From NCBI GenBank assembly GCA_963663805.2, contig CAXXMR010000012.1, positions 224,001-288,000 of the forward strand: a stretch of DNA of 64,000 nt. The letters run 5' to 3'. Under the pieces are notes generated by a model. It did not search any database and was not told the DNA's origin. It saw nothing but the letters and a program-made list of their open reading frames with translations. The translations under genes were made by a program, and so were the position numbers. Below, piece after piece: positions 8,885 to 19,400 of the stretch. Numbering within the stretch: position 1 is the first letter of the stretch; each line of letters starts with the position of its first letter. The DNA is from Sedimentisphaerales bacterium (GTDB lineage: Bacteria; Planctomycetota; Phycisphaerae; Sedimentisphaerales; SM23-30).

Positions 8885-9274
8885 ATGCCGAGACCTAGAA
8901 AAGACAGATGTGTTACTAATCCACCTTCGGTGGTGGTGTATAAACCGGCGGGTGTTCCGGTTCGAGAGCTGGAATGGGTGACGCTGACGCTGGATGAGTT
9001 TGAGGCGGTTCGGCAGATTGATTATGAAAGCAGGGACCAGGAAAGTGTGGCGGAGTCGATGGGGGTTTCGCGACCGACGGTTACGCGGATTTATCAGTCG
9101 GCACGTAAGAAGATCGGCCAGGTGCTGGTGTTAGGCCAGGCATTGAAGATCGAAGGCGGGCCGGTTGTGAATATGGGGGACAGATTTGAAAGTAAAGAAC
9201 CTTTACCGCAACGAGGTATGGGACGAGGGCGTGGGCGTTGCCGAGGCGGTCGAGGCGGATTTGGTCAGATGTAA
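8885..9274 (+). CDS. DUF134 (UPF0251) HTH DNA-binding protein
   Basis: MPRPRK.R.V, YKP.G, LTLDEFEA.R..D, Q..VA..MGVSRPT..RI..SARKKI..L..G.AL.IEGG. Confidence 0.9.
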   Translation: MPRPRKDRCVTNPPSVVVYKPAGVPVRELEWVTLTLDEFEAVRQIDYESRDQESVAESMGVSRPTVTRIYQSARKKIGQVLVLGQALKIEGGPVVNMGDRFESKEPLPQRGMGRGRGRCRGGRGGFGQM

Positions 9275-9293
9275 TCTTATAAGGAGAACAGAC

Positions 9294-9545
9294 ATGCCAG
9301 GATTAAATGGAACAGGGCCGATGGGTCAAGGGCCGCGGACAGGCCGGGGAATGGGTAATTGTCAGCCGGCAAACAATGTTGATGCTGATGTTAATGTAAA
9401 TGAAACCGTTCAGGCAAATACTGCTGCACCGCCGACATTTTGGGGTTTGGGTCGGGGCATGGGCCGAGGCCGGGGCATGGGTTGCGGTATGGGGCGAGGC
9501 CGGGGCATGGGACGCGGCATGGGTCGCGGGAGAGGCTGGTGGTGA
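9294..9545 (+). CDS. DUF5320 family Gly/Arg-rich small protein
   Basis: MPG.NGTGP.G.GPRTGRG.G.C start after an AGGAG SD, with GRGMG tandem repeats. Confidence 0.85.
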   Translation: MPGLNGTGPMGQGPRTGRGMGNCQPANNVDADVNVNETVQANTAAPPTFWGLGRGMGRGRGMGCGMGRGRGMGRGMGRGRGWW

Positions 9546-9547
9546 GT

Positions 9548-9913
9548 ATGAAAGCAGCGATACCTGTTGATGGCAATTGCGGTCTGGAGTCCGTCGTATG
9601 TCCCCGTTTTGGTCGGGCGGCGGGGTTTCTGATTGTCGATACGGAAAATAATGATTGCGAGTTTGTGAATAATGAACAGAATCTCAATGCCGCTCAGGGT
9701 GCGGGCATTCAATCGGCCCAAACCATTGTGAAGGCTGGCGCTAATCTGTTGCTGACTGCTCATTGCGGTCCGAAAGCATTTAAGATTCTCAGTACGGCGA
9801 ACATCGGTATATATCTGGGGCAGGCCAAGACGGCGGGTGAGTTTCTGGAGAGCTGGAAGGCCAACAAACTTACGACTGCCGAAAACTGTGATGTGGAAGG
9901 ACACTGGGTATAG
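9548..9913 (+). CDS. NifB/NifX family (FeMo-co binding-like) protein
   Basis: MKAAIP, PRFGRA..F, GAGIQ.AQ and CGPKA. Confidence 0.88.
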   Translation: MKAAIPVDGNCGLESVVCPRFGRAAGFLIVDTENNDCEFVNNEQNLNAAQGAGIQSAQTIVKAGANLLLTAHCGPKAFKILSTANIGIYLGQAKTAGEFLESWKANKLTTAENCDVEGHWV

Positions 9914-9915
9914 CT

Positions 9916-10762
9916 TTGGAAAAACTCAAGACGATAGCAATAGCGTCCGGCAAGGGCGGTGTAGGTTAAAACGACGGTGGCGGTTTCGCTGGCGACGGCG
10001 TTGGCGAAATCGCAGCCGGTGACCTTGCTGGACTGCGACGTGGAAGAGCCCAATTCTCATCTGCTGCTGGGCGTGACGTTTACGAGCGAGACCTTGGGGC
10101 TGGTGCCTTCGATTGAGATAGACCAGGAGAAATGCACCGGCTGCGGAAAATGCGCGGAGGCTTGTCGATTCAACGCAATTGGAGCATTGGCGAGCGGTGC
10201 GATGTTTTTTGAGGAGTTGTGTCACGGCTGTATGGGTTGCGTGCTTGCATGTCCCTCCAAGGCGATAGTCGAGGCACAACGACGTACAGGCATTATTCGC
10301 AGCGGGCAGACTGGTCAACTTACGCTTCATGACGGTTTACTGGATGTCGGTGCGGCGATGGCAACGGGACTGATTCATCTGCTGCGAAAAAAAGCTGTCT
10401 CGGACAAGATAACGATAATTGACGCTCCGCCGGGAGTTTCCTGCGCGATGATTAACACGGTGCAGGGGTGCGATCATGTGATACTGGTGACAGAACCAAC
10501 ACCTTTCGGGTTGAATGATATGTCACTGGCGGCGGCGGCCTTGCGGGAGTTGGATGTCCCGTTCAGTGTGATTGTGAATCGGGCTGATGATGACCGGCGT
10601 ATTGATGAATATTGCGAGCGGGAAGGCATTGCAATATTGACTCATATCCCGCATAGTCGCGTGGTGGCGGAATTATATTCGCGTGGAGAAATGCCCTACG
10701 ATGCGGATGAAGAATTTACGCAGTGCATCAATGAGTTGGTTCAGGGGTTAAATGAGAACTAA
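9916..10762 (+). CDS. MinD-superfamily P-loop ATPase with inserted 4Fe-4S ferredoxin domain (frameshift in Walker A)
   Basis: TTG at 9916 reads IAIASGKGGVG then TAA. Removing one T at 9966-9967 restores GKTT in frame with DCDVEEPN, CTGCGKC...C, CHGCMGC...CP, DAPPG and VTEPTPFG. Confidence 0.85.
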
Positions 10763-11648
10763 AATGAAAGAAGTTTTGACTATCAGCGGCAAAGGTGGGA
10801 CAGGCAAGACCAGTTTAACCGGATGTTTTGCCCAATTAGCCAGCGGGCATGTGGTGGCGGACTGCGATGTGGACGCGGCGAATCTTTATCTGCTGCTGAA
10901 CCCTGAGAGTACGCAATCGAAAGATTTTTACTGCGGGTACATCTCCCGTCTGGACCGTGAGAAATGTGTTGGCTGCGGCAAATGCAAGGAATTATGCCGG
11001 TTTGGGGCTATTGACGACGCTATCGACCTTCGGGGCGACACGATTTCGCTGAATTTAACGGCTTGCGAAGGGTGCGGGGTTTGTGCGGACCACTGCCCAA
11101 CCGGCGCTCTTAGTCTGGTGGACCGCCTTACGGGTGATATATGTGTTTCGCAGACGCGATACGCACCTTTTGTACACGGCAAACTTGGAGCGGGCGGTGA
11201 AAATTCGGGTAAACTGGTAAGCGAAGTTCGTAAGCTGGCCCGCGAAACGGCTGAGAAAGAAAAGCGTGAACTGATTATTATTGACGGGCCTCCGGGGATT
11301 GGCTGTCCGGTTATCGCTTCGGTGGGCGGGGTTGATTACGCAGTTTTGGTGACGGAGCCGACTCTGGCAGGGATGCATGATTTGCGTCGAATTGCCCGGC
11401 TGGTTCAGCATTTCAATATTCGGGCGGGCGTGGTTATCAACAAGTCTGATTTGAACGAAAAAAACGCCTGGGCGATTGAAGATTTCGCCAAGGCTGAGCA
11501 GATTGATTTATTGGGCAGTTTGCCGTATTCGCCGGTGTTCAACCAGGCCCAGCGGACGGGGAAAACGGTTATTGAATATGGCGGGGATAATGGTATTATT
11601 GATACGGTAGCTAAAATTTGGAAAAAAGTAGCAAGTAACCTTTCGTAA
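10752..11648 (+). CDS. Second MinD-superfamily ATPase with ferredoxin insert
   Basis: ISGKGGTGKTS, DCDVDAAN, two CxxCxxCxxxC motifs, GENSGKLV and DGPPGIGCPV. The start may be 10764. Confidence 0.9.
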   Translation: MRTKMKEVLTISGKGGTGKTSLTGCFAQLASGHVVADCDVDAANLYLLLNPESTQSKDFYCGYISRLDREKCVGCGKCKELCRFGAIDDAIDLRGDTISLNLTACEGCGVCADHCPTGALSLVDRLTGDICVSQTRYAPFVHGKLGAGGENSGKLVSEVRKLARETAEKEKRELIIIDGPPGIGCPVIASVGGVDYAVLVTEPTLAGMHDLRRIARLVQHFNIRAGVVINKSDLNEKNAWAIEDFAKAEQIDLLGSLPYSPVFNQAQRTGKTVIEYGGDNGIIDTVAKIWKKVASNLS

Positions 11649-11662
11649 CTGGAGAATAATTT

Positions 11663-12001
11663 ATGAAAATCGCTATTCCGATAGCCAGCGGTCAGCTTTG
11701 TTTGCACTTTGGACACTGCGAGCAGTTCGCGTTGGTGGATGTTGACGACGAGAGCAAGCAAGTCACGGGGCAGGAGTCATTAACGCCCCCACCGCACGAA
11801 CCGGGCCTTCTACCGCGTTGGCTGGGCGAAAAAGGCGCGACACATATTATCGCGGGCGGCATGGGCCAGCGTGCTCAGCAGCTTTTTCAGCAGCAGGGCA
11901 TTGAAGTTATCGTAGGCGCTCCGGCACTTGCCCCGGCAGAGCTGGCGAGCCAATATCTGGCGGGTACCCTGACCAGCGGAGAAAATGTCTGTGACCACTG
12001 A
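11663..12001 (+). CDS. NifB/NifX family protein
   Basis: MKIAIP, HFGHC, PPPHEPG.LP.WL, GGMG.RA and C-terminal CDH. Confidence 0.88.
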   Translation: MKIAIPIASGQLCLHFGHCEQFALVDVDDESKQVTGQESLTPPPHEPGLLPRWLGEKGATHIIAGGMGQRAQQLFQQQGIEVIVGAPALAPAELASQYLAGTLTSGENVCDH

Positions 12002-12455
12002 TTTGACAGCAAAAGCCACTAATCAGTGCCGGGCTGAAATTCGTGACCGCACACATCGTGACTGCTTTGCGTGCGGACCAGCCAACAGTACGGGACTCAA
12101 ACTCGACTTCAATGTCCTGGAGGACGGGAGCGTTGAGGGCGAGTTTGGCTGTCCCGATATATTTACAGGTTATCCGGGGCGTTTGCAGGGCGGAATTGCG
12201 GCGTCGCTGCTGGACAGTGCCATGACGAACTGTTTGTTTGCCCGGGGGGTAACGGCGGTTACTGCGGAACTGAATTGTCGGTATCGTCATCCGGTGTATA
12301 CGGGCACTTCGGTGAGGATTTGCGCTCAGGTTGAGCGGGAGTCACAGGGGCTTTATCTATTGACCGGCGGCATTTACCAAAGGGGTCTGCTTTGTGTTAC
12401 TTCTCAGGGCAAATTTTTTGTTCAGCCGCGGCTTAACAATCCCACTCAGGAATAG
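11985..12455 (+). CDS. PaaI-family hotdog-fold thioesterase
   Basis: CFACG..N..GL.L.F, GY.G..QGG..A.LLD and TAEL..RY..PV. Confidence 0.8.
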   Translation: MSVTTDLTAKATNQCRAEIRDRTHRDCFACGPANSTGLKLDFNVLEDGSVEGEFGCPDIFTGYPGRLQGGIAASLLDSAMTNCLFARGVTAVTAELNCRYRHPVYTGTSVRICAQVERESQGLYLLTGGIYQRGLLCVTSQGKFFVQPRLNNPTQE

Positions 12456-12461
12456 CAAGCC

Positions 12462-13265
12462 ATGCTCGAACTGCCGGAGCGGACACATTACAGCGTTCTC
12501 ATAGACAATAATCCGGGGGGGGCAGGTTATGCGACGGAACATGGATTATCACTGTGGATTGAACATAAAGGCAGGAAGATTCTTTTTGATACCGGTGCTT
12601 CGGGGCAGTTTCTGGCAAATGCCGCTCGTGCCCAAATAGATGTTCAGCATCCAGACGCGGTGGTTCTGTCGCATGGTCATTATGACCATACCGGCGGGCT
12701 TGAGGGATTGGTCGATTTACCTGTTTATGTCCCTATTTATTTACATCGGGACTCTTTTTCGACAAGGTTCAGTCGCAAAAGCGATGGCAGGATAAATGAT
12801 ATTTCCATGCCGGTGAGCGTACGGGAGTTTCTGGAGGAGCGGGAAAAGCAGATTGTTTTTGTCGAGGAGTCGATTGAGATTTTCCCGGACATGTTTCTGA
12901 CCGGACCTATCGAGCGTAAGACTGATTTTGAGGATACGGGCGGTGATTTTTATCATGACCGAGCTTGTAAAATAGTTGACGATGTGAACGATGATTTGTC
13001 GATCTTTGTCGGTCATTCGGACGGTTCTTTCACGGTTTTTTGCGGGTGCTGCCATAGCGGTATCGTCAATACGATTGAGCAAATACGCGAACAGAGAGGC
13101 GATTCGGCCTGTCGAGCAATTATCGGGGGGATACATCTAAACAGTGCCTCCGAGACGAGACTGAAGCAAACGCGGGAATATCTGGGGTCTATCGGCAGGC
13201 CAGAGCTTGATCTGCGGCATTGTACAGGGGCAGGGGCGACTGAATATTTCATGGAAAAGCACTAA
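12462..13265 (+). CDS. MBL-fold metallo-hydrolase
   Basis: EHGLS, LFDTG, SHGHYDHTGG, GC.HSG, GGIH and HCTG. Confidence 0.88.
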   Translation: MLELPERTHYSVLIDNNPGGAGYATEHGLSLWIEHKGRKILFDTGASGQFLANAARAQIDVQHPDAVVLSHGHYDHTGGLEGLVDLPVYVPIYLHRDSFSTRFSRKSDGRINDISMPVSVREFLEEREKQIVFVEESIEIFPDMFLTGPIERKTDFEDTGGDFYHDRACKIVDDVNDDLSIFVGHSDGSFTVFCGCCHSGIVNTIEQIREQRGDSACRAIIGGIHLNSASETRLKQTREYLGSIGRPELDLRHCTGAGATEYFMEKH

Positions 13266-13324
13266 GCAATCACCATCTAAAAACATCAATTTTCCCCCAC
13301 CTAAATCTCCACTGGTCAAATATG

Positions 13325-13353
13325 TTAAGAGCGGCGTGTTTTTATGCCGATTT
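13325..13353 (+). promoter_or_regulatory. Sigma28(FliA/SigD)-like promoter
   Basis: TTAAG-N16-GCCGATTT upstream of the giant surface protein. The motif recurs upstream of several other genes (see findings). Confidence 0.5.
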
Positions 13354-13410
13354 TGATTATGTGGATAAGTGTAGTTAGGTTTTGGTAATACAAGATTTAG
13401 GTGAGAAGCG

Positions 13411-16400
13411 ATGAGCATTAGGGCCCACCACGAAAACATCAAACGCCGCCGCGACAAGCAGCTTTTGCTGGAAAACCTTGAAAACCGGCTGCTGTTGTCG
13501 TCCGATCCAGTTATCAGCCTCCCAAATGGGCTTGATATCATCCTGATTGACGCGACGGTGGCGGATGTTGAGACCATAACTGCTTCTGTAAACAGTGATG
13601 CCCAGTTTGTAATGTTTGATAATGACGAAAACCCCGTAGAAGTACTGGGCAGGGCGGTCCAGATTTCACAACAAAACGATATTTCGGTTCAATCGCTGAG
13701 TATTATAAGTCATGGTCAGTCGGGCAGTTTCCAGTTAGGAAACCAGGCAATCTCGTCCGATAATCTGCAAGAACTTGAAGGGGTATTGACTGAGTTAGGT
13801 AAAAATTTCGTATCCGAGTCGGCGATATATGTCTATTCGTGTTCAGTCACAAAGGATGGCCAAACGGGTCAGGCACTGATAGATGGTTTAGCTCAAATTT
13901 CAGGCTCAGCGGTTTTTGCCTCGAATGACATAACCGGTTTCAAGGGTGACTGGGATTTGGAAACCTCTTCGGCGGGAGCGGATTGGGGCTTGCTGAGTAA
14001 TCAGGCTTTGGCTACTCACAACTTGAGTTCATGGCTGGGGCAACTGGGAAACTATACCACCAACGAGGATACCGCCAAGACCATCGACAAGGGCGCCAAT
14101 ACCCGGTTTGTCAATATCGTCCAGCCGACTCATGGCACGGTAGTCGATAACGGCGATGGGACTCTTACCTATACGCCCGACGCGAACTGGAACGGGGCGG
14201 ACTCTTTCAGTTATGAGGAATATTATTATCAGTATGTCGCGGCTGCCCAGACCTGGTCGAACGCCAAGACTCTGGCTGAAGCAGCGACCTACAGCGGACT
14301 TAACGGGTATCTGGCAACAATTACCTCCGCAGCTGAGAACACGTTTATTACCAATAATATCATCGGCGGCAATGACGCCTGGATCGGTGCTTCGGACCAG
14401 AATGTCGAACAGGAATGGCGATGGGTAACCGGGCCTGAAGGGGCTGAAGCGGCGGGGCTGGGCAGATACTTCTACAATGAAGGTACGGGCTTAGCGATAG
14501 GCGGGGAATATAACAACTGGAACGGTGGTGAGCCGAACAACTCCGGCGGTGCTGAAGACTGGTGTCATATCAAAGGTAACGGCACGTGGAACGATGACAG
14601 CGCCGTCAAGACACTGGGTTACGTGATTGAATACGACGGTCCTTCGGTAACGGACAATATTACTGTCAATGCCGTCAATGACGCACCGGACCTGGACAAT
14701 CCGATACCTGACGGGGCCGCCTCTATATCTGTCCCCTATAGTTACACGGTGCCAGCCAATACATTCAGTGATGTCGAAGGTGACACGCTTACTTACTCGG
14801 CGACGAAATCGAATGATACGGCATTGCCGGGCTGGCTTAGTTTTAATACTTCGACTCGTGAATTCAGCGGCACACCGACTTTCGGCAGTAACGGCACGCT
14901 ATCTATCAAGGTTACAGCCAACGATGGTAACGGCGGGACGACCTCTGATATTTTCGATGTGGTTATCAATGATTATCTCATCGGGTACTGGACGATGGAC
15001 AGCACGGCGGTTACGGATGAGACGGGCGACCACGACAGTGATGTTCAGACAAATCTGACCAGCGTATCGGGTGTGATTGGCAACTCGGTTGATTTTAACG
15101 GCACGACCAGCCAACTGCGGATACCAAGTTCCGGCGAAATAAATACCACCGTAGTCACGCAGCGGAGCTTTAGCTTATGGTTCCAGGCTGACGCAACCGC
15201 GGGCAAACAAGTTCTCTATCGCGAGGGAGGAACGAGTCATGGATTAGCGATATATCTGGACAATACGACAATTTACGCTTATTTCTGGAGTTCGAGTGAT
15301 ATTACAGCGGATTCGATGAGCGTTACTTTGCCGGGCGGGCAACTTACCGACTGGCATCATGTGGCATTTACCTTTGACGGCACGGGCGGCAGTGAGAAGC
15401 TATATTTAGACGGTGCCCTGGCAGACAGTGCCAACCAAACTGGTAATATTCCCAGCCATACGGGAAATGTGGTGCTGGGATATTCTGACAACAGTTTCGA
15501 TTATCATGACGGTGAAAGCGGCGCGGTCAATGCCTTCAACGGACGTATAGACGATTTCCGCATGTTTAGTGTCCCGCTTAACGCGACTGAAGTTAATGAC
15601 ATTTTTGTACAGAACCCGGCGGATATGGCACTGGACAGCACATCAGCGGACGAAAACTCCAACGGGGTGGTAATCGGCAATCTATCGGTAACAGAATACA
15701 ATGTCAATGACACTCACACCTGGTCGATTGCCAGTGACCCGTCGGGGATATTCGAGATTTCCGGTACTCAACTGAAACTAATCAACGGTAATTCATTTAA
15801 CTATGAAACGACCGACAGTTACAACCTGACTTTACGGGTTACTGATAATACCGGTCTATATTACGATGAGGCGGTTACTGTCACGGTAAATGACATTAAC
15901 GACGCCCCCACCGCTGCCAACAGTTCGGTGACTACCAACGAAGATAGCAACTATACATTCACGGCGGCAAATTTCAGCTTCAGCGACCAAGATGCCGGCG
16001 ACAGCATGACGCTGGTAAAAATCATGACCTTGCCGGGAGCGGGCACGCTGACTCATACAGTAAACGGAGCAGTCAATGCCAATGACGAAATTTCCCTGGC
16101 TGACATCAACGCCGGCAAACTCATCTTCACTCCCGTCGCCAATGCCAACGGCACCCCGTATACAACTTTCACTTACAAAGTCAAAGATTCCAACGCCACC
16201 TACAGCACAGCATCTTATACGATGACTGTCAATGTTGACACGGTAAACGATGTGCCGTCTTTTACCAAAGGCGCTAATCAGAGCGTGAATGAAGACTGCG
16301 GCGTTCAGACGGTAGCGGGCTGGGCAACGGCACTGAGCAAAGGGCCGGCAAACGAATCAGCCCAAACATTATCTTTCAATGTAAGCAATAACAACAATAG

Positions 16401-19400
16401 TCTGTTTTCAACTCAGCCGGCAATCAGCTCGGCGGGCCAACTTACCTATACACCCGCGGCAAACGCTAACGGAAGCACGACCGTTACCGTAAGCATATCT
16501 GACAACGGCGGAACTCTGCGGGGTGGAGTGAACACCTCTGCCACCCAGACATTCACCATTACAGTAAACGCGGTGAACGATGTGCCGTCTTTTACCAAAG
16601 GCGCTAACCAGGCCGTAAATGAAGATGCAACGGCCCAAACGGTGGCAGGCTGGGCGACGGCATTGAGTAAAGGACCGACTGACGAAGCGGGCCAAACACT
16701 CTCGTTTAATGTCAGCAATGACAACAACAGTCTGTTTTCGACTCAGCCGGCAATCAGCTCAGCGGGACAACTGACCTATACACCCGCGGCAAACGCCAAT
16801 GGAGCCGCGACCGTTACGGTAAGCATATCTGACAACGGCGGGACGGCACTGGGCGGAGTAAATACTTCGGCCAATCAAACGTTCACTATTACGGTGAATG
16901 CGGTGAACGATGTGCCGTCTTTTACCAAAGGTGCTAATCAGACAGTCAATGAAGACTGCGGTGTTCAGACGGTGGCGGGCTGGGCCACGGCATTGAGCAA
17001 AGGGCCGACAAATGAAGCAGCTCAGTCTCTTTCGTTTAACGTCAGCAATGACAACAATGCCTTGTTCTCGGCTCAACCGGCAATCAGCTCAGCGGGGCAA
17101 CTCACCTATACGCCTGCGGCAGATGCCAACGGGACAACTACCGTCACCGTAAGCATATCGGATAACGGCGGGACGGCACTGGGCGGCGTGGACACCTCGG
17201 CCAACCAAACGTTCACTATTACGGTTAATGCGGTCAATGATGTACCGTCATTCACCAAAGGTGCCGACCAGACTGTCAATGAAGACTGCGGCGTTTGGAC
17301 GGTAGCGGGCTGGGCCACGGCATTGAGCAAAGGGCCGACAAATGAAGCAGCTCAGTCTCTTTCGTTTAACGTCAGCAATGACAACAATGCCTTGTTCTCG
17401 GCTCAACCGGCAATCAGCTCAGCGGGCCAACTCACCTATACGCCTGCGGCAGATGCCAACGGGACAACTACCGTCACCGTAAGCATATCGGATAACGGCG
17501 GGACGGCACTGGGCGGCGTGGACACCTCGGCCAACCAAACGTTCACTATTACGGTTAATGCGGTCAATGATGTACCGTCATTCACCAAAGGTGCCGACCA
17601 GACGGTGCTGGAAGACGCAGCCGCCCAAACAGTGGCGGGCTGGGCGACGGCACTGGACAAAGGACCAACCGACGAAGCAGGCCAGTCACTTTCTTTCATT
17701 GTAACTAATGACAACAACGCGTTATTTTCTGTGCAGCCAGCTATCAACCCAACCGGCCAACTTACTTATACGCTTGCCCCTGACGCCAACGGCACGACAA
17801 CTGTAAGCGTACAAATAGCCGATGACGGCGGGACGGCACTAGGCGGAGTTGACACTTCGGCAGCCCAGACGTTCGCTATTAATGTTACACCGGTCAACGA
17901 TATACCTTATTACACCCTGGGACCAGACATTACCGTGAACGAAGATTCGGGGAGCCTGACTTTTACCAACTGGGCCAGCATTAACGCCGGCGCGTTCAAC
18001 GAAGGCAGTCAGGTTCTGACCATTGCTCTCCAAAGTGAACGCAGTTACCTTTTCTCGCAGCAGCCAGCGCTTGCCGCAAATGGAACCCTGACATTTACAG
18101 TCGCCCCGGATGTTGTCGGCACAACATACGTTACCGTTAATGTGGGCGATGACGCGGGGACCGAAAACGATGGAGTAAACTTCTCATTAACATACCCCTT
18201 CAATATTACTATTGTACCGACAGACGACGAACCGCTGAGTAGTGACATCACCATATCCGGCACTGAAGATACGACCTACACATTCTCCAATCAAGACTTT
18301 CCGTTCAGTGACGCGGACGGGGACACATTCGACGGCATCATGCTGACTTCCCTGCCCCAATCAGGGACACTGTACTACGAAGGCAGCCCCATCACGACCT
18401 ATCCTACAGACTACCGTGATGTAAGTAAACTGACTTATATCCCGGACACCGACGAGTACGGCCAGGGCTATGCCTCTTTCACATACTATATCAAGGATTC
18501 CAGTGACGATTATTCAACAGGAAGATATACCGCCACTTTCGACATCGCGGCAGAGCAGGACCCACCCACCTCGCAAGACTACACCTTCACAATGCTCGAG
18601 GACAGCATACACAGCTTCGCTGATTATGAATTTTACTACAGCGACCCGGACAATGACGCCTTCGAAAAAATTCGCATTACCCAGCTCCCTGTCGCGGGCA
18701 AGATTTACTACCAGAACCAAGCAATCTCCCTGAACAAAGACATCTCCATCACGAATATCGCCGAGCTGACTTATGTCCCTGAACCGGACGCTAACGGCGA
18801 CAATTACGCTTCTTTCAAATATTATGTCCATGACGGGACAAATTTTAGTACAACATCGAACACCGTAACAATTAATGTCACCCCCACCAACGATAAGCCT
18901 GCCGCTCAGGATTCGACTGTAACCCTTCGGGAAGATACGCCCCACAGTTTCAGCAGTGATGATTTTAGTTTCAGTGACATTGACGGCGACCCGCTGGTGC
19001 TTCTGCAAATCACCCAACTGCCCAGCCAGGGCACTTTGCAATATCAGGGGCAGGACGTAACTGCCAATCAATATATCCCCGGCGTTTATATGGACCGGCT
19101 GGTCTTTACTCCCGATACCGATGCCAACGGTGACAGTTACGCTGATTTCGTGTTCCGGGTGAGTGATGGTATTGTATTTGCTGATGATGAATATACTCTC
19201 AATCTGAACGTTACCGCGGTGAATGACGCACCGGAATTCAGTATCAGCGGGCCGGCAACTTCGATTGAAGACAGCGGGCTGGTTACAATTTCAAACTGGC
19301 TGACCAGTTTCTCGCCGGGACCAGCGGATGAAGCTGACCAGCAAATAAGTTTCACAATCTCCACCGACCTGGCGGAACTGTTCGCCAGTCCACCTCAGGT

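Noticed and set aside
9548..12001. Nitrogen fixation cluster
   Set aside because: Only NifX-like carriers and MinD-type ATPases are present, with no nifH/D/K/E/N or radical-SAM NifB.
16246..17895. DGR template/variable repeat pair
   Set aside because: These are in-frame tandem domain repeats with largely synonymous differences, and no reverse transcriptase is present.
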